Of a DNA stretch of 64,000 nt, positions 50,839 through 59,957 are shown one piece after another. The DNA is from a bacterium (lineage in GTDB: Bacteria > Hinthialibacterota > Hinthialibacteria > Hinthialibacterales > Hinthialibacteraceae). The position numbers were made by a program, and so were the translations under genes. Below the pieces are notes generated by a model. It was not told the DNA's origin. It made no database searches and saw only the letters and a list, made by a program, of their open reading frames with translations. The stretch spans positions 768,001 to 832,000 of the forward strand of contig CAXXMV010000008.1 of the NCBI GenBank assembly GCA_963662285.2, read 5' to 3'. Position 1 is the stretch's first letter. The number at the start of each line of letters is the position of its first letter.

Positions 50839-51549
50839 ATGCTATATATCAAAGGAAGTTCAGCAAAAGGTTTTACGCTTATTGAACTGCTCATCGTTGT
50901 TGCAATCATTGGAATTTTGGCTGCAATCGCCGTACCGAACTTTTTGAATGCGCAAGTCCGCGCCAAAGTCGCCCGGTGTTATGCGGATATGAAATCCACA
51001 ACTACTTCGATTCAGATTTTCGGCATGGAACACAATAAGATGCTGGTTGACATCCGTGACGACGACAATGACTTCTGCATGAAACGTATATTAGAGGATT
51101 TCAATGGCGTAGGTCATAACGGCGGCGGTGGCAACCGCAACAATATGGCCGTTCTAGCCCCATTAACTTCGCCAATCTCCTACATGTCTTCGCTTCCACG
51201 TTCTCCATTTTTCCCGGCAAGATTGTTTTCCAACAACAGTGGAAATAATGAAGCTTTTGGACGTTTAGGAAACGATGTCTACGGCTATTGGGACAATGAT
51301 CCAGAAGTGAAAGAACCAGCGGGTAACAACCATGGCGATTGGAACCTGAGCGCCCTTGGGAGATATGTGCCTACTTTGAAACCCTGGGGATTCATCTTAA
51401 TCGCATTTGGACCGGCAGCTAACAACAACACCACCTTGAACAGCGGAATCCCCTACACCCCCTCCAATGGCTTGAACAGCAACGGAGAAATTTTCCTGAC
51501 CAGCGGCGGAACCAACAACGAAAACGCCACTGACAAGGGCATCAATTAA
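50839..51549 (+). CDS. Type IV pilin-like prepilin protein
   Basis: G-FTLIELLIVVAIIGILAAIAVPNF; YTPSNGLNSNGEI. Confidence 0.9.
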   Translation: MLYIKGSSAKGFTLIELLIVVAIIGILAAIAVPNFLNAQVRAKVARCYADMKSTTTSIQIFGMEHNKMLVDIRDDDNDFCMKRILEDFNGVGHNGGGGNRNNMAVLAPLTSPISYMSSLPRSPFFPARLFSNNSGNNEAFGRLGNDVYGYWDNDPEVKEPAGNNHGDWNLSALGRYVPTLKPWGFILIAFGPAANNNTTLNSGIPYTPSNGLNSNGEIFLTSGGTNNENATDKGIN

Positions 51550-51811
51550 TCCAAGGAATTTCTTAAATACCTATATACTCTATATGATTGTTCAGAGTCC
51601 CCGGCAGATTGGGCTCTCAACAATCATATCTTTTTTTATCCAGATATTTTTGTTTCAGCGATTTAGAAACATTTTATTTGTAAAAAGATGTAAAAAAAAC
51701 GAATGTCATACAATTTATTAACCGATCTATCACATTGATCTTTATTTTTTCCGGTATTTTAATCTATAATTACAATCTCAAAAAAAATAAACTCTGGGGA
51801 GAGGAATAAGA

Positions 51812-52453
51812 ATGAAAAGATCTAACAGAAATTTTGGTTTTACTTTGATCGAACTTCTCATCGTTGTTGCGATCATCGGCATCCTAGCGGCAATCGCCGT
51901 ACCTAACTTCTTGAATGCTCAAATCAGAGCAAAATCAGCCCGCTGCTTCGCAGATTTGAGAATGATTCACGAGCAGATCAACATTCGCCAACTGGATACA
52001 AACCGTTGGTTGATCGATGGAAATGACTCTGGCGAAGACGATGGTTCCTTTAAATGCGCTTTTCCAGGCGGATACCATTTCTTTGGAGTGCAATGCTCTC
52101 AAGCAAGAGGAGTTAAATGCAATGGAATTGGCGATAACTTCTTTAACGGTCAAACCTGGGCGCTTCTGACATCTCCAGTCTCATATATGTCCAGCATCCC
52201 TCAGGATCCATTTGCCGGTGGACTGTTTTACGGTTATGAAGACCGCGATTGCGCCAACGGTACGCACTGCCCGCATTGGTTGATTTTCGCCGCCGGCCCC
52301 GATTGCGACCATGGCGACTGGATCGATAGAACAGCGGAAGCCTACAATCCAAGCAATGGATTAACATCAAACGGCGACATATGGCGCGCTCATGTATTCA
52401 AAGATACTTATTTCACATCAGAATTTTTGAATATTCTTATTGTTAATTATTAA
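51812..52453 (+). CDS. Type IV pilin-like prepilin protein (Cys-rich)
   Basis: G-FTLIELL...; YNPSNGLTSNGDI. Confidence 0.9.
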   Translation: MKRSNRNFGFTLIELLIVVAIIGILAAIAVPNFLNAQIRAKSARCFADLRMIHEQINIRQLDTNRWLIDGNDSGEDDGSFKCAFPGGYHFFGVQCSQARGVKCNGIGDNFFNGQTWALLTSPVSYMSSIPQDPFAGGLFYGYEDRDCANGTHCPHWLIFAAGPDCDHGDWIDRTAEAYNPSNGLTSNGDIWRAHVFKDTYFTSEFLNILIVNY

Positions 52454-52476
52454 TTGATTTAATTTATAAAAGGATT

Positions 52477-52510
52477 AAGGCGTGTTCTTAACGAACACGC
52501 CTTTTTTTTT
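52477..52510 (+). terminator. Intrinsic terminator
   Basis: aaggcgtgttc-ttaac-gaacacgcc followed by T9. Confidence 0.8.
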
Positions 52511-52748
52511 CTTATCATCTAAATACTTATTAATTAGTTTATCGGTCTTTCTTTTTATTAATTAGTAGTAATAATAATACTATTGCCTTCTAGAGCGATT
52601 CTCAAAACAACATGCGTCAATGCAGTTGTCAATAATCCCAATCCCCCAGAGATGGAACTTTTGACAAATCCAAAGTATTCAATGCGCAATCTTCTGTGAA
52701 CCGCTATTAAGGAATAATTCAGAAAAAATATATTTGGAGAGGAAGAGA

Positions 52749-53390
52749 ATGAAAAGTATTAAAAAAGATTTTGGTTTTACCCTGATTGAACTCCTCATCG
52801 TTGTTGCGATTATCGGCATTCTAGCTGCTATCGCTGTTCCTAACTTCCTGAACGCTCAAATACGAGCCAAATCAGCCCGATGCTTCGCAGATATGAGAAT
52901 GATCGACTCGCAAATAAGCATACGTCAACTGGATTCAAACCGTTGGTTGATTGACGGTAATGACTCTGCTGAAGACGATGGATCATTCAAATGCGCTTTT
53001 CCAGGCGGTTACAATTTCTTTGGAGTCAAATGCTCTGAAGCAAGAGGCGTAAAATGCGTCGGTATTAGCGATAACTTCTTTAATGGTCAGACCTGGGGTC
53101 TTCTAACATCACCGATTTCATATATGTCCAGCATCCCTCAAGATCCATTTGGCGGCGGACTGTTTTACGGCTATGAAGACCGCAATTGCGCCAACGGAAC
53201 CAACTGCCCGCATTGGCTGATTTTTGCAGCCGGTCCGGATTGTGACCATGGCGATTGGATTGATAGAACAGCCGAAGCCTACAATCCAAGCAACGGCTTG
53301 ACATCCAACGGCGATATCTGGCGCGCTCACGTATTCAAAGATACTTACTTCACATCAGAATTTTTGAATATTCTTATTGTTAATTATTAA
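52749..53390 (+). CDS. Type IV pilin-like prepilin protein, tandem paralog of 51812-52453
   Basis: About 16 aa differences in the mature chain. Confidence 0.9.
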   Translation: MKSIKKDFGFTLIELLIVVAIIGILAAIAVPNFLNAQIRAKSARCFADMRMIDSQISIRQLDSNRWLIDGNDSAEDDGSFKCAFPGGYNFFGVKCSEARGVKCVGISDNFFNGQTWGLLTSPISYMSSIPQDPFGGGLFYGYEDRNCANGTNCPHWLIFAAGPDCDHGDWIDRTAEAYNPSNGLTSNGDIWRAHVFKDTYFTSEFLNILIVNY

Positions 53391-53428
53391 TTGATCAAAT
53401 TATCATTTTTTTTAATCCCTATATCATC

Positions 53429-53461
53429 AAAAGGCTCGTTCATTAAGAACGAGCCTTTTTT
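53429..53461 (+). terminator. Intrinsic terminator
   Basis: aggctcgttc-attaa-gaacgagcc followed by a T tract. Confidence 0.8.
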
Positions 53462-53612
53462 CTTGTTTGGATTTTCATTTACAAGGGTGGTCGCTATCAA
53501 CCCTCTCCTAAGCTCTCCCAATCTTGGGAAAGGAATGTGATACTATGGTTTTTTGTACGACTAAGTCAAAACTATACAATCGGTTATATCTAAAAATCCC
53601 TTTCCCCCAAGT

Positions 53613-54048
53613 CTACTCTCCGGACGCAAATCAGGAGAGCAGAATGAAACAGAGAACATCATAGAGTGGGTAGCATCATAGAGTGGGGAGCATCGGCTTC
53701 TAGCCGGTGTGTCAAAGAAACCTAATATTATTATGCCAAATGAAGTGTTGGCTGTTGTCATGAATTCATGTTTGTGTTGTGATGCCGGTTCACGTGCACA
53801 TCCTCCTGACGCCATTGATAATTCCAAACCTTGGATATCATTCGATCACAACAATACTTCATAGCATTAAAAGTTTTTCATCAATAGAAGCAAACTGGTT
53901 GATGAATAGGCAGGGATTGGCGCACCGGCTAGAAGCCGATGCTCCCCTTTTTGATGCTCCCTGGTTATTGGTAGAGTGTTTTTTCAGTTTATCAGTGGTA
54001 GGTGCATTGCCACTGCTTCAATTTCACAACAATGTGTACGGAGAGTAG
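53613..54048. mobile_element. Putative MITE carrying a REP pair and a RAYT fragment
   Basis: TIRs CTACTCTCCGGAC / GTACGGAGAGTAG; flanks CCCCCAAGT / CCCCTAAGT (9-bp TSD, 1 mismatch). Confidence 0.6.
53779..53920 (+). pseudogene. Fragment of a REP-associated tyrosine transposase
   Basis: MPVHVHILLTP...ILHSIKSFSSIEAN (HUH motif) between inverted REPs at 53683-53709 and 53923-53947. Confidence 0.6.
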
Positions 54049-54204
54049 CCCCTAAGTTGTGAGATAATTCAAAAGGGGGTTGTTTTATAAAACCTTACAT
54101 TTTCCATCCTACGCAGAAGTATATAAAAAGAGAGTGCACAGAAAAAACACTTCCATACACTCTCAATATAATCTTAATATTGTTCAATCCACTCTAATCA
54201 TACA

Positions 54205-55437
54205 TTATCCAAAGATGGCGTCACGGCGCTTCTGGTTATACGCAATCTTCTCTTCATTAGTCATTTTGGTAAAATCTGGTTCATCGTCATCATACATACG
54301 GGGCTTGGATGTCTGTTGGGGCGATTGCTGAGGCTGCACGGAAAGAGTCGGCTGCATCGGCTTGGGACGGGGAACGCCCGCCGGTACAGTGACTTTTGAA
54401 GAACCGCCGGAATAGCTCATGGATTGATCGGTAACCTGCAGATCATCTTGCAGACTGCGGTACGGTTTGATTTTCATTTCCTGCAAGACGCCGTGATACG
54501 CTTTGACCGCTTCTTCAGGAGAGATATCGCCATCCACAATCATGCGCAGGAATTTAATAAAGGCGAACTGATTTTCTGATTCATTTATTTTACGGCCAAA
54601 CAACGCCACCCGGCCGCCATATTTCTGGGTATCAGCAATCAATTTGAACGCATCGTAGGTTGTGCCCGACGAACCGCCGAGAATTCCGACAACGATGCTG
54701 GGATCATAATTGACTAGTTCTTCCATATATTTTGGTCCATGATAGACCATCTTTAAAAATAGCGGACGTCCTTTTTGAGTGACGGCGGCCAGACTGCGAA
54801 CTATAGAATCGTTGACGTAGGAACCAATATCTTCAGGACTGACGGCGCCCGGAACATTGGGATCAAAGATTTCGAGAAAATAACGGAAGCCTTTCTGCTC
54901 AGCTTCCAGGCGAAATTCCTTAAAACATCTCAGCGATTCAGCGTCGCGTTCCAGATCATTGTTGAAAGTCATGGAATAAAGACCGAGATTAGCGCCCATA
55001 CTACGCTCTTCAGGGGTGCATTCAAACTTGCCGCACTGAATATGATCTATAGTAGTGGTACGGAAGGGGCGCGAAGCCATTGTGGCGTAAGATGCGCCGC
55101 GATATGTATAAATATCAGTAGTGTCATTAGCGCGGCCAGCAGGTGTAACATGTGAATTATCAAACAAACGCTCCTGAATAGTAAGCACTTCGTTGGTGCT
55201 GGGTGACATCAGGCATATATCGATCAATCCCTGCGCAACCACTTGCCGCATCATCTCGCGATATTCCTGGATATTACGGAATCTCAACTCGCCATGATGA
55301 TACTCCGGAGAATAACGCCCGCAGGAGTATATACCGCGCGCGATATCGGCATCTTTGGCGTCAGCGATGATGAAGGCTTTACTGTTGGGGTTTGCATGGA
55401 TATCAGCCAATTTAAGATCGAGAGATTTTTCAACCAT
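54205..55437 (-). CDS. Class I aldolase-like (DhnA-type TIM barrel) conserved protein
   Basis: IIADAKDAD, NDTTDI, FLEIFDPN, PLFLK, GILGGS, ALFGRKIN. Confidence 0.6.
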   Translation of the reverse strand: MVEKSLDLKLADIHANPNSKAFIIADAKDADIARGIYSCGRYSPEYHHGELRFRNIQEYREMMRQVVAQGLIDICLMSPSTNEVLTIQERLFDNSHVTPAGRANDTTDIYTYRGASYATMASRPFRTTTIDHIQCGKFECTPEERSMGANLGLYSMTFNNDLERDAESLRCFKEFRLEAEQKGFRYFLEIFDPNVPGAVSPEDIGSYVNDSIVRSLAAVTQKGRPLFLKMVYHGPKYMEELVNYDPSIVVGILGGSSGTTYDAFKLIADTQKYGGRVALFGRKINESENQFAFIKFLRMIVDGDISPEEAVKAYHGVLQEMKIKPYRSLQDDLQVTDQSMSYSGGSSKVTVPAGVPRPKPMQPTLSVQPQQSPQQTSKPRMYDDDEPDFTKMTNEEKIAYNQKRRDAIFG

Positions 55438-55596
55438 CTTTATTTTCCCTATTGATAATATTATTTTAAGACATATTCAGTTACAAAACATATACTACCA
55501 AAATACTTCTATTTTGTATAGATGCGGCTTAACGGGATTGCTATTCTCTTTTTGTAACAGTTCAGATATATGAAGTTATAAGATGAAAACTACGCT

Positions 55597-55668
55597 TGAC
55601 TGGGTGACTGGGTGACTGGGTGACTGGGTGACTGGGTGACTGGGTGACTGGGTGACTGGGTGACTGGG
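55597..55668 (+). repeat. Perfect tandem repeat (TGACTGGG)x9 running into a REP at 55666-55705
   Basis: Read directly from sequence. Confidence 0.92.
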
Positions 55669-55988
55669 TGGCAAGGGCAAGACCGCAATGCGGTCAGCCC
55701 TTGATCAAGCCACTCATTGGAGGGAGAAAATTGCTTAACTTAATGACATTGAGTTAGAGAGGGGTTGCGTTTCGACTAATCAACCCCCTGCTGACCTCAC
55801 CCAGGCTTGGTGAAAGAATTATACGTTTCAATCGGCTAACATATTACCTCTTTTTATATAAAGCATTAAAATTCCAGCGTTATCTTTTTAATCTTCAAGC
55901 GTTGAATCAATTTAACAAACCAGGATAATATAATTGCTGATAGCAATTAACAAAATTTATTGAGCTGCATAATTAGGGAGTTGTAACT

Positions 55989-57590
55989 ATGGCTTTAAGC
56001 AAACAACAAAATCAAATCAAATATATTGCCTGTCTCGCACTTATTTTGATAATACTGGGCTTCATATATGGCCCTACAGCCATATTGCGCTGGAATCACA
56101 AGGTATACCAAAACCAACGCGAAGCGAAACTATACGTTCAAGCCCAAGAATTGCTTCCCATTGTCAAACAATCCACCACGGCCTCTCTCCATTTTAATTA
56201 CCAGGATTTAATGATAGACGCCGGAAAAATCCATGTTCTACAACAGCAGTATAAAGCATGGGTAGATAATGACTCGAAAAACGCCGCTTTAACCGCTCTA
56301 CAAAGCAGGATTGCCGACACTCCCGAACAAAAGCAAACCTTATTGGAAAAAGCTATCCAACTTGATCAGAAAAATCGACAGAAAAATGAAACAGTCCTTT
56401 TCGTAAAGATTGAAGATATTCTCGATTCAGGCATGACCCTGAGCGCAAAACAACTTATGACTTCGATTAAATCCGAATGTTGGCTGCGCTATTTAATGGA
56501 ATCCCGCATTGCCCGTCGAATGGCTGATCTTGACGGCGCCCAGGATGCTTTTAAAAAAGCCATTAACGCTCCTGCAGTCCCAATCTCAGTTGCAAACGAA
56601 TACGCCAGATTTATCTGCAACTGGACCGATATATCCACTGGATCAAGACCCAATCCATACTCCCAATGGAGAAAACAGGATATACAACAAAACCCGGTTG
56701 CTTACGCTTATCATGTATGGCTTGCTGACCAGATTTCTTATGATTCACCTGATGAACTACCCGGCGAATTGCTTTATCACCCGGAAGCCCTGGCCATCTA
56801 TTGCCGGCCAGCGCTGATTGGAGATACATCAAACGACCAACTGGTCAATATTAAAAAACTGATGAATCGAGCAGTTAAAATCGCTCCTCATAATCCTAAA
56901 GTACTGGTCAATTTCGGATTAATGGAATTAGCGCAAGACAATTCCAACGACGACAATATTCCCAAAGCCGATGCATATTTTTCCACCGGTTTGGATAAAT
57001 CAACATCATTCGCCAACAGTCGGTTTCATGTTCAAATGGGAGATGAACTTTCATCAATAAAAAAATTCGTCACCGCAGAACTGCATTATAAAAAAGCATG
57101 GGGTAAACTGCCGGAAGACGGTCTGTTCCTTAAATTACTGGCTGATTATTACATTGAGAACGATGCGCAATCGGATGCAATAAATACCATAGAGCAAGCC
57201 CGGATCATTATCCCTAATGATTCCCGCATGTTACACAAACTTGGTAATATCTATTTCGAAAAAGAAGCATTGGAAAAAGCCAGAGGCGTTTACGGCAAAC
57301 TGATTGAGATCGACCAGCATGATAATCCTGCGCGTGACCGCATTGCGGAAATCTGGATGAAAAAGAACAATCCTTCACGCGCCATTCAGGTTTATAACGC
57401 CTTAGCTAATCGCGATCCCAAAAATGGTCATTGTTATGCTCAGGTCGCCCGTATATTAGTCAAAAACAACAGCATTGAACGAGCGGATGCTCTTCTCAAA
57501 AAAGTTTTGAATCAATACCCGGATATACGTGATAAAGATGAAATCCTCAAAGCGATCAATGAGATCGAACTGGCGAAGAAGAAGCAATAA
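55989..57590 (+). CDS. Membrane-anchored tetratricopeptide repeat protein
   Basis: N-terminal TM segment; TPR-like repeats such as LHKLGNIYFEKEALEKARGVYGKLIEID. Confidence 0.75.
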   Translation: MALSKQQNQIKYIACLALILIILGFIYGPTAILRWNHKVYQNQREAKLYVQAQELLPIVKQSTTASLHFNYQDLMIDAGKIHVLQQQYKAWVDNDSKNAALTALQSRIADTPEQKQTLLEKAIQLDQKNRQKNETVLFVKIEDILDSGMTLSAKQLMTSIKSECWLRYLMESRIARRMADLDGAQDAFKKAINAPAVPISVANEYARFICNWTDISTGSRPNPYSQWRKQDIQQNPVAYAYHVWLADQISYDSPDELPGELLYHPEALAIYCRPALIGDTSNDQLVNIKKLMNRAVKIAPHNPKVLVNFGLMELAQDNSNDDNIPKADAYFSTGLDKSTSFANSRFHVQMGDELSSIKKFVTAELHYKKAWGKLPEDGLFLKLLADYYIENDAQSDAINTIEQARIIIPNDSRMLHKLGNIYFEKEALEKARGVYGKLIEIDQHDNPARDRIAEIWMKKNNPSRAIQVYNALANRDPKNGHCYAQVARILVKNNSIERADALLKKVLNQYPDIRDKDEILKAINEIELAKKKQ

Positions 57591-57686
57591 AACAGGCGAT
57601 TAGAGCGGTTTTCAAAAAGTCCGTTTTTCAGGACTTTTTGAAAACATATCAGAACTCCATTAGAGTATTCTGCATAATGACATTGC

Positions 57687-59699
57687 TTATTCTGCTATCG
57701 GAACAACACGGATCGATAATATATCACTATCCTTTTCTTTCCTGGTTTTCAGTTGGACGCGGTAGAGCTGGTCGCCCCAGATGCTGCGTAGTTTTCCATC
57801 TTTCAGTTCGATGGTTTCGATAATGGCTGATAGTTGTTGTGGATCATATTCCATCAGCGCCTGAACTGTTTCCAGGCGGTCATTCAATAGTAGTTTTCCA
57901 GCTTGCTCTTCGGTGACTTTTCCTGCGACAATGAAATTTTCAATCAGATCACTGGATGGTTCAGCCAATTGGTAGACGTCTTCAATTTGCAAGGCTTTAT
58001 TGCGCTGCAAAGAAACTGTCCGCTTCCAGGATTTGGCATTAGATTCCTTGGGATAAGCATTGACAATATCCATAACAATGTTGGCTTGCTTGTCATTCAT
58101 ATCATAGGAAACCTGATCAGCGGCGTATTGCCGTCCGGCTTTTTGATCCACTCCATTGATGGTCGGAAGATTATGATAACAAGATTGAAACGCCCAAATC
58201 TCATAACGCTGGCTGCTGAAGGTTTGACGGGTGTAAGTTGGCCGCCCGATATCAATGATGAGCGGCTTGCCGTCAACAAACAGAATAAAGTTGCCCACGT
58301 CGTTATGATTGTGGCTTTGAGCATTGTGTCCTCCCCAGGCGGCGGTGAAGAATCCACCCGAACTGCCCTGCTGATCGCGTGCGGCCATCATTTGCATATT
58401 GGGGTGACTTAACCAGACATCGCGGACTAGCGGCTGCGTTGGAGCATCGTATTTTACCAGTTCTTCTCCATTAAAGATCAGATGGAGAAAACGGTTGAGA
58501 TCGGAACCGCCGCTCATATTGTCCACAAGCCAATCTTGATCCACCCCATAAGCCCCTAGAGCCATTAAGTTTTTATCGTTGATGCGTTTGCCGAATCTAT
58601 AGACCACTTCATTAGATATACCAGTACGCGCATCGCAATCCCCCAGGCAGATGAAGTAATTATCCACGACATGGGCGCGGTAAATAAAGCGGGCGATTTC
58701 TTGAATCAGTGGGTTCTGATAAAAATTGATTTTCTGGTTTGATGCGCTATATAAATGTTCCAGCGAATCAAAAACGCTGGCGCCCGCCCTTCCCCAATAG
58801 CTGGGACCTTCGTCGCAGCTGCCATCATAGGGATAGTAGGTAAGGAAATTATCCAGACAATCCATAGCCAGGTGAACCAGTTGAGCGCGGCGTGATTCAT
58901 CGTGTTCCGCCAGCAGAGCGGTAATCAAAACATTAGAACAAATCCAGGGATTCCAGTTATTGGGGTAGCTCTTGTTGGCGCGGGCGGAATAACCCATCCA
59001 ACCAAATTTTTTGGTCAGAAAAGGCGTCAGGATTTTCCGGTCAAGTTCATTGATGATGCGTTTTCGTATCAGGGGCGATACTGTATCTAACTGGTCGCCT
59101 AGTAAATATTCGGTTATAGCGAGAGAGTTGGCCGTCTGAGCGGAAAATAACGCAACCACCTGATCATCTGCATCGGGAAGATCTACTCCGGCCTTCTGCG
59201 GTCCGATGTGGGCGGGCCAGGTCCAGGCGCTCTCTTCGCATATTGCCCAGATCATATCAGTGATGGGATCAAGAAAACGGCCTTTATTCTCAATGCATTC
59301 AGCAACCACCAGAGAATGCAGACGACCCCGGCGGTCATACCATATATTTTGATAGTTGCTGCGGTTGCCATTACGCTTAAATTGCAAATAAACCGAAGCG
59401 GGCAGTACTGCGATATCCAATTCGGCGGCCTCTTCGGCTTTTTTGATGATGACTTCCTTAATGTCTTCAGGGATTGCCTGCCAAACTTCCCGGTTGCTGG
59501 CTTTCGGAAATGGTCGGAACTCTTTTTGAGCAACCAGAACTTGCTCTAATTGCTCTACAGAAAATGACTTCGCCAGGGATATATCATTGGCCTCGGCGAA
59601 TGAGTTTGAATTAGTGAAGCCCAGAAGGCATAAGACCATTATTAATGTAAGATAAACTGATTTAGTGTGTGAGGAAATAAATGACATTATATTCTCCAT
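57687..59699 (-). CDS. Heparinase II/III-family polysaccharide lyase
   Basis: NNWNPWI, CDEGPSYW, SHNHNDVGNF, HNLPTING.DQ. Confidence 0.88.
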   Translation of the reverse strand: MENIMSFISSHTKSVYLTLIMVLCLLGFTNSNSFAEANDISLAKSFSVEQLEQVLVAQKEFRPFPKASNREVWQAIPEDIKEVIIKKAEEAAELDIAVLPASVYLQFKRNGNRSNYQNIWYDRRGRLHSLVVAECIENKGRFLDPITDMIWAICEESAWTWPAHIGPQKAGVDLPDADDQVVALFSAQTANSLAITEYLLGDQLDTVSPLIRKRIINELDRKILTPFLTKKFGWMGYSARANKSYPNNWNPWICSNVLITALLAEHDESRRAQLVHLAMDCLDNFLTYYPYDGSCDEGPSYWGRAGASVFDSLEHLYSASNQKINFYQNPLIQEIARFIYRAHVVDNYFICLGDCDARTGISNEVVYRFGKRINDKNLMALGAYGVDQDWLVDNMSGGSDLNRFLHLIFNGEELVKYDAPTQPLVRDVWLSHPNMQMMAARDQQGSSGGFFTAAWGGHNAQSHNHNDVGNFILFVDGKPLIIDIGRPTYTRQTFSSQRYEIWAFQSCYHNLPTINGVDQKAGRQYAADQVSYDMNDKQANIVMDIVNAYPKESNAKSWKRTVSLQRNKALQIEDVYQLAEPSSDLIENFIVAGKVTEEQAGKLLLNDRLETVQALMEYDPQQLSAIIETIELKDGKLRSIWGDQLYRVQLKTRKEKDSDILSIRVVPIAE

Positions 59700-59816
59700 A
59701 TAGATAGTTTCGAAATAAGAACCTTATTTTCTATTGTCTCAAAACCAAGGTGGTTTTGGAAGGTAGTCGGTGAGATAATATGGGAGATTAGTTATTGATT
59801 AACGCCTAATCAAAAA

Positions 59817-59915
59817 CTGTCTGAATCAGGATTTCCAGGATTTTATGGATCAACAGGATATAAGATTTTTTTTATCCTGGGTATCCTACCCATCCTGACT
59901 ATCCTGATTCAGACA
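59817..59915. repeat. Palindromic dispersed repeat TGTCTGAATCAGGAT...ATCCTGATTCAGACA
   Basis: 15-bp terminal inverted repeat; paralog at 26073. Confidence 0.75.
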
Positions 59916-59957
59916 AAAAAAATAACGAATGCATTAAAGCAAAACAACCCCCTAACC

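Noticed and set aside
51812-53390. Diversity-generating retroelement template/variable pair
   Set aside because: Differences include many C/T synonymous changes rather than adenine-specific ones, and there is no reverse transcriptase in the window.
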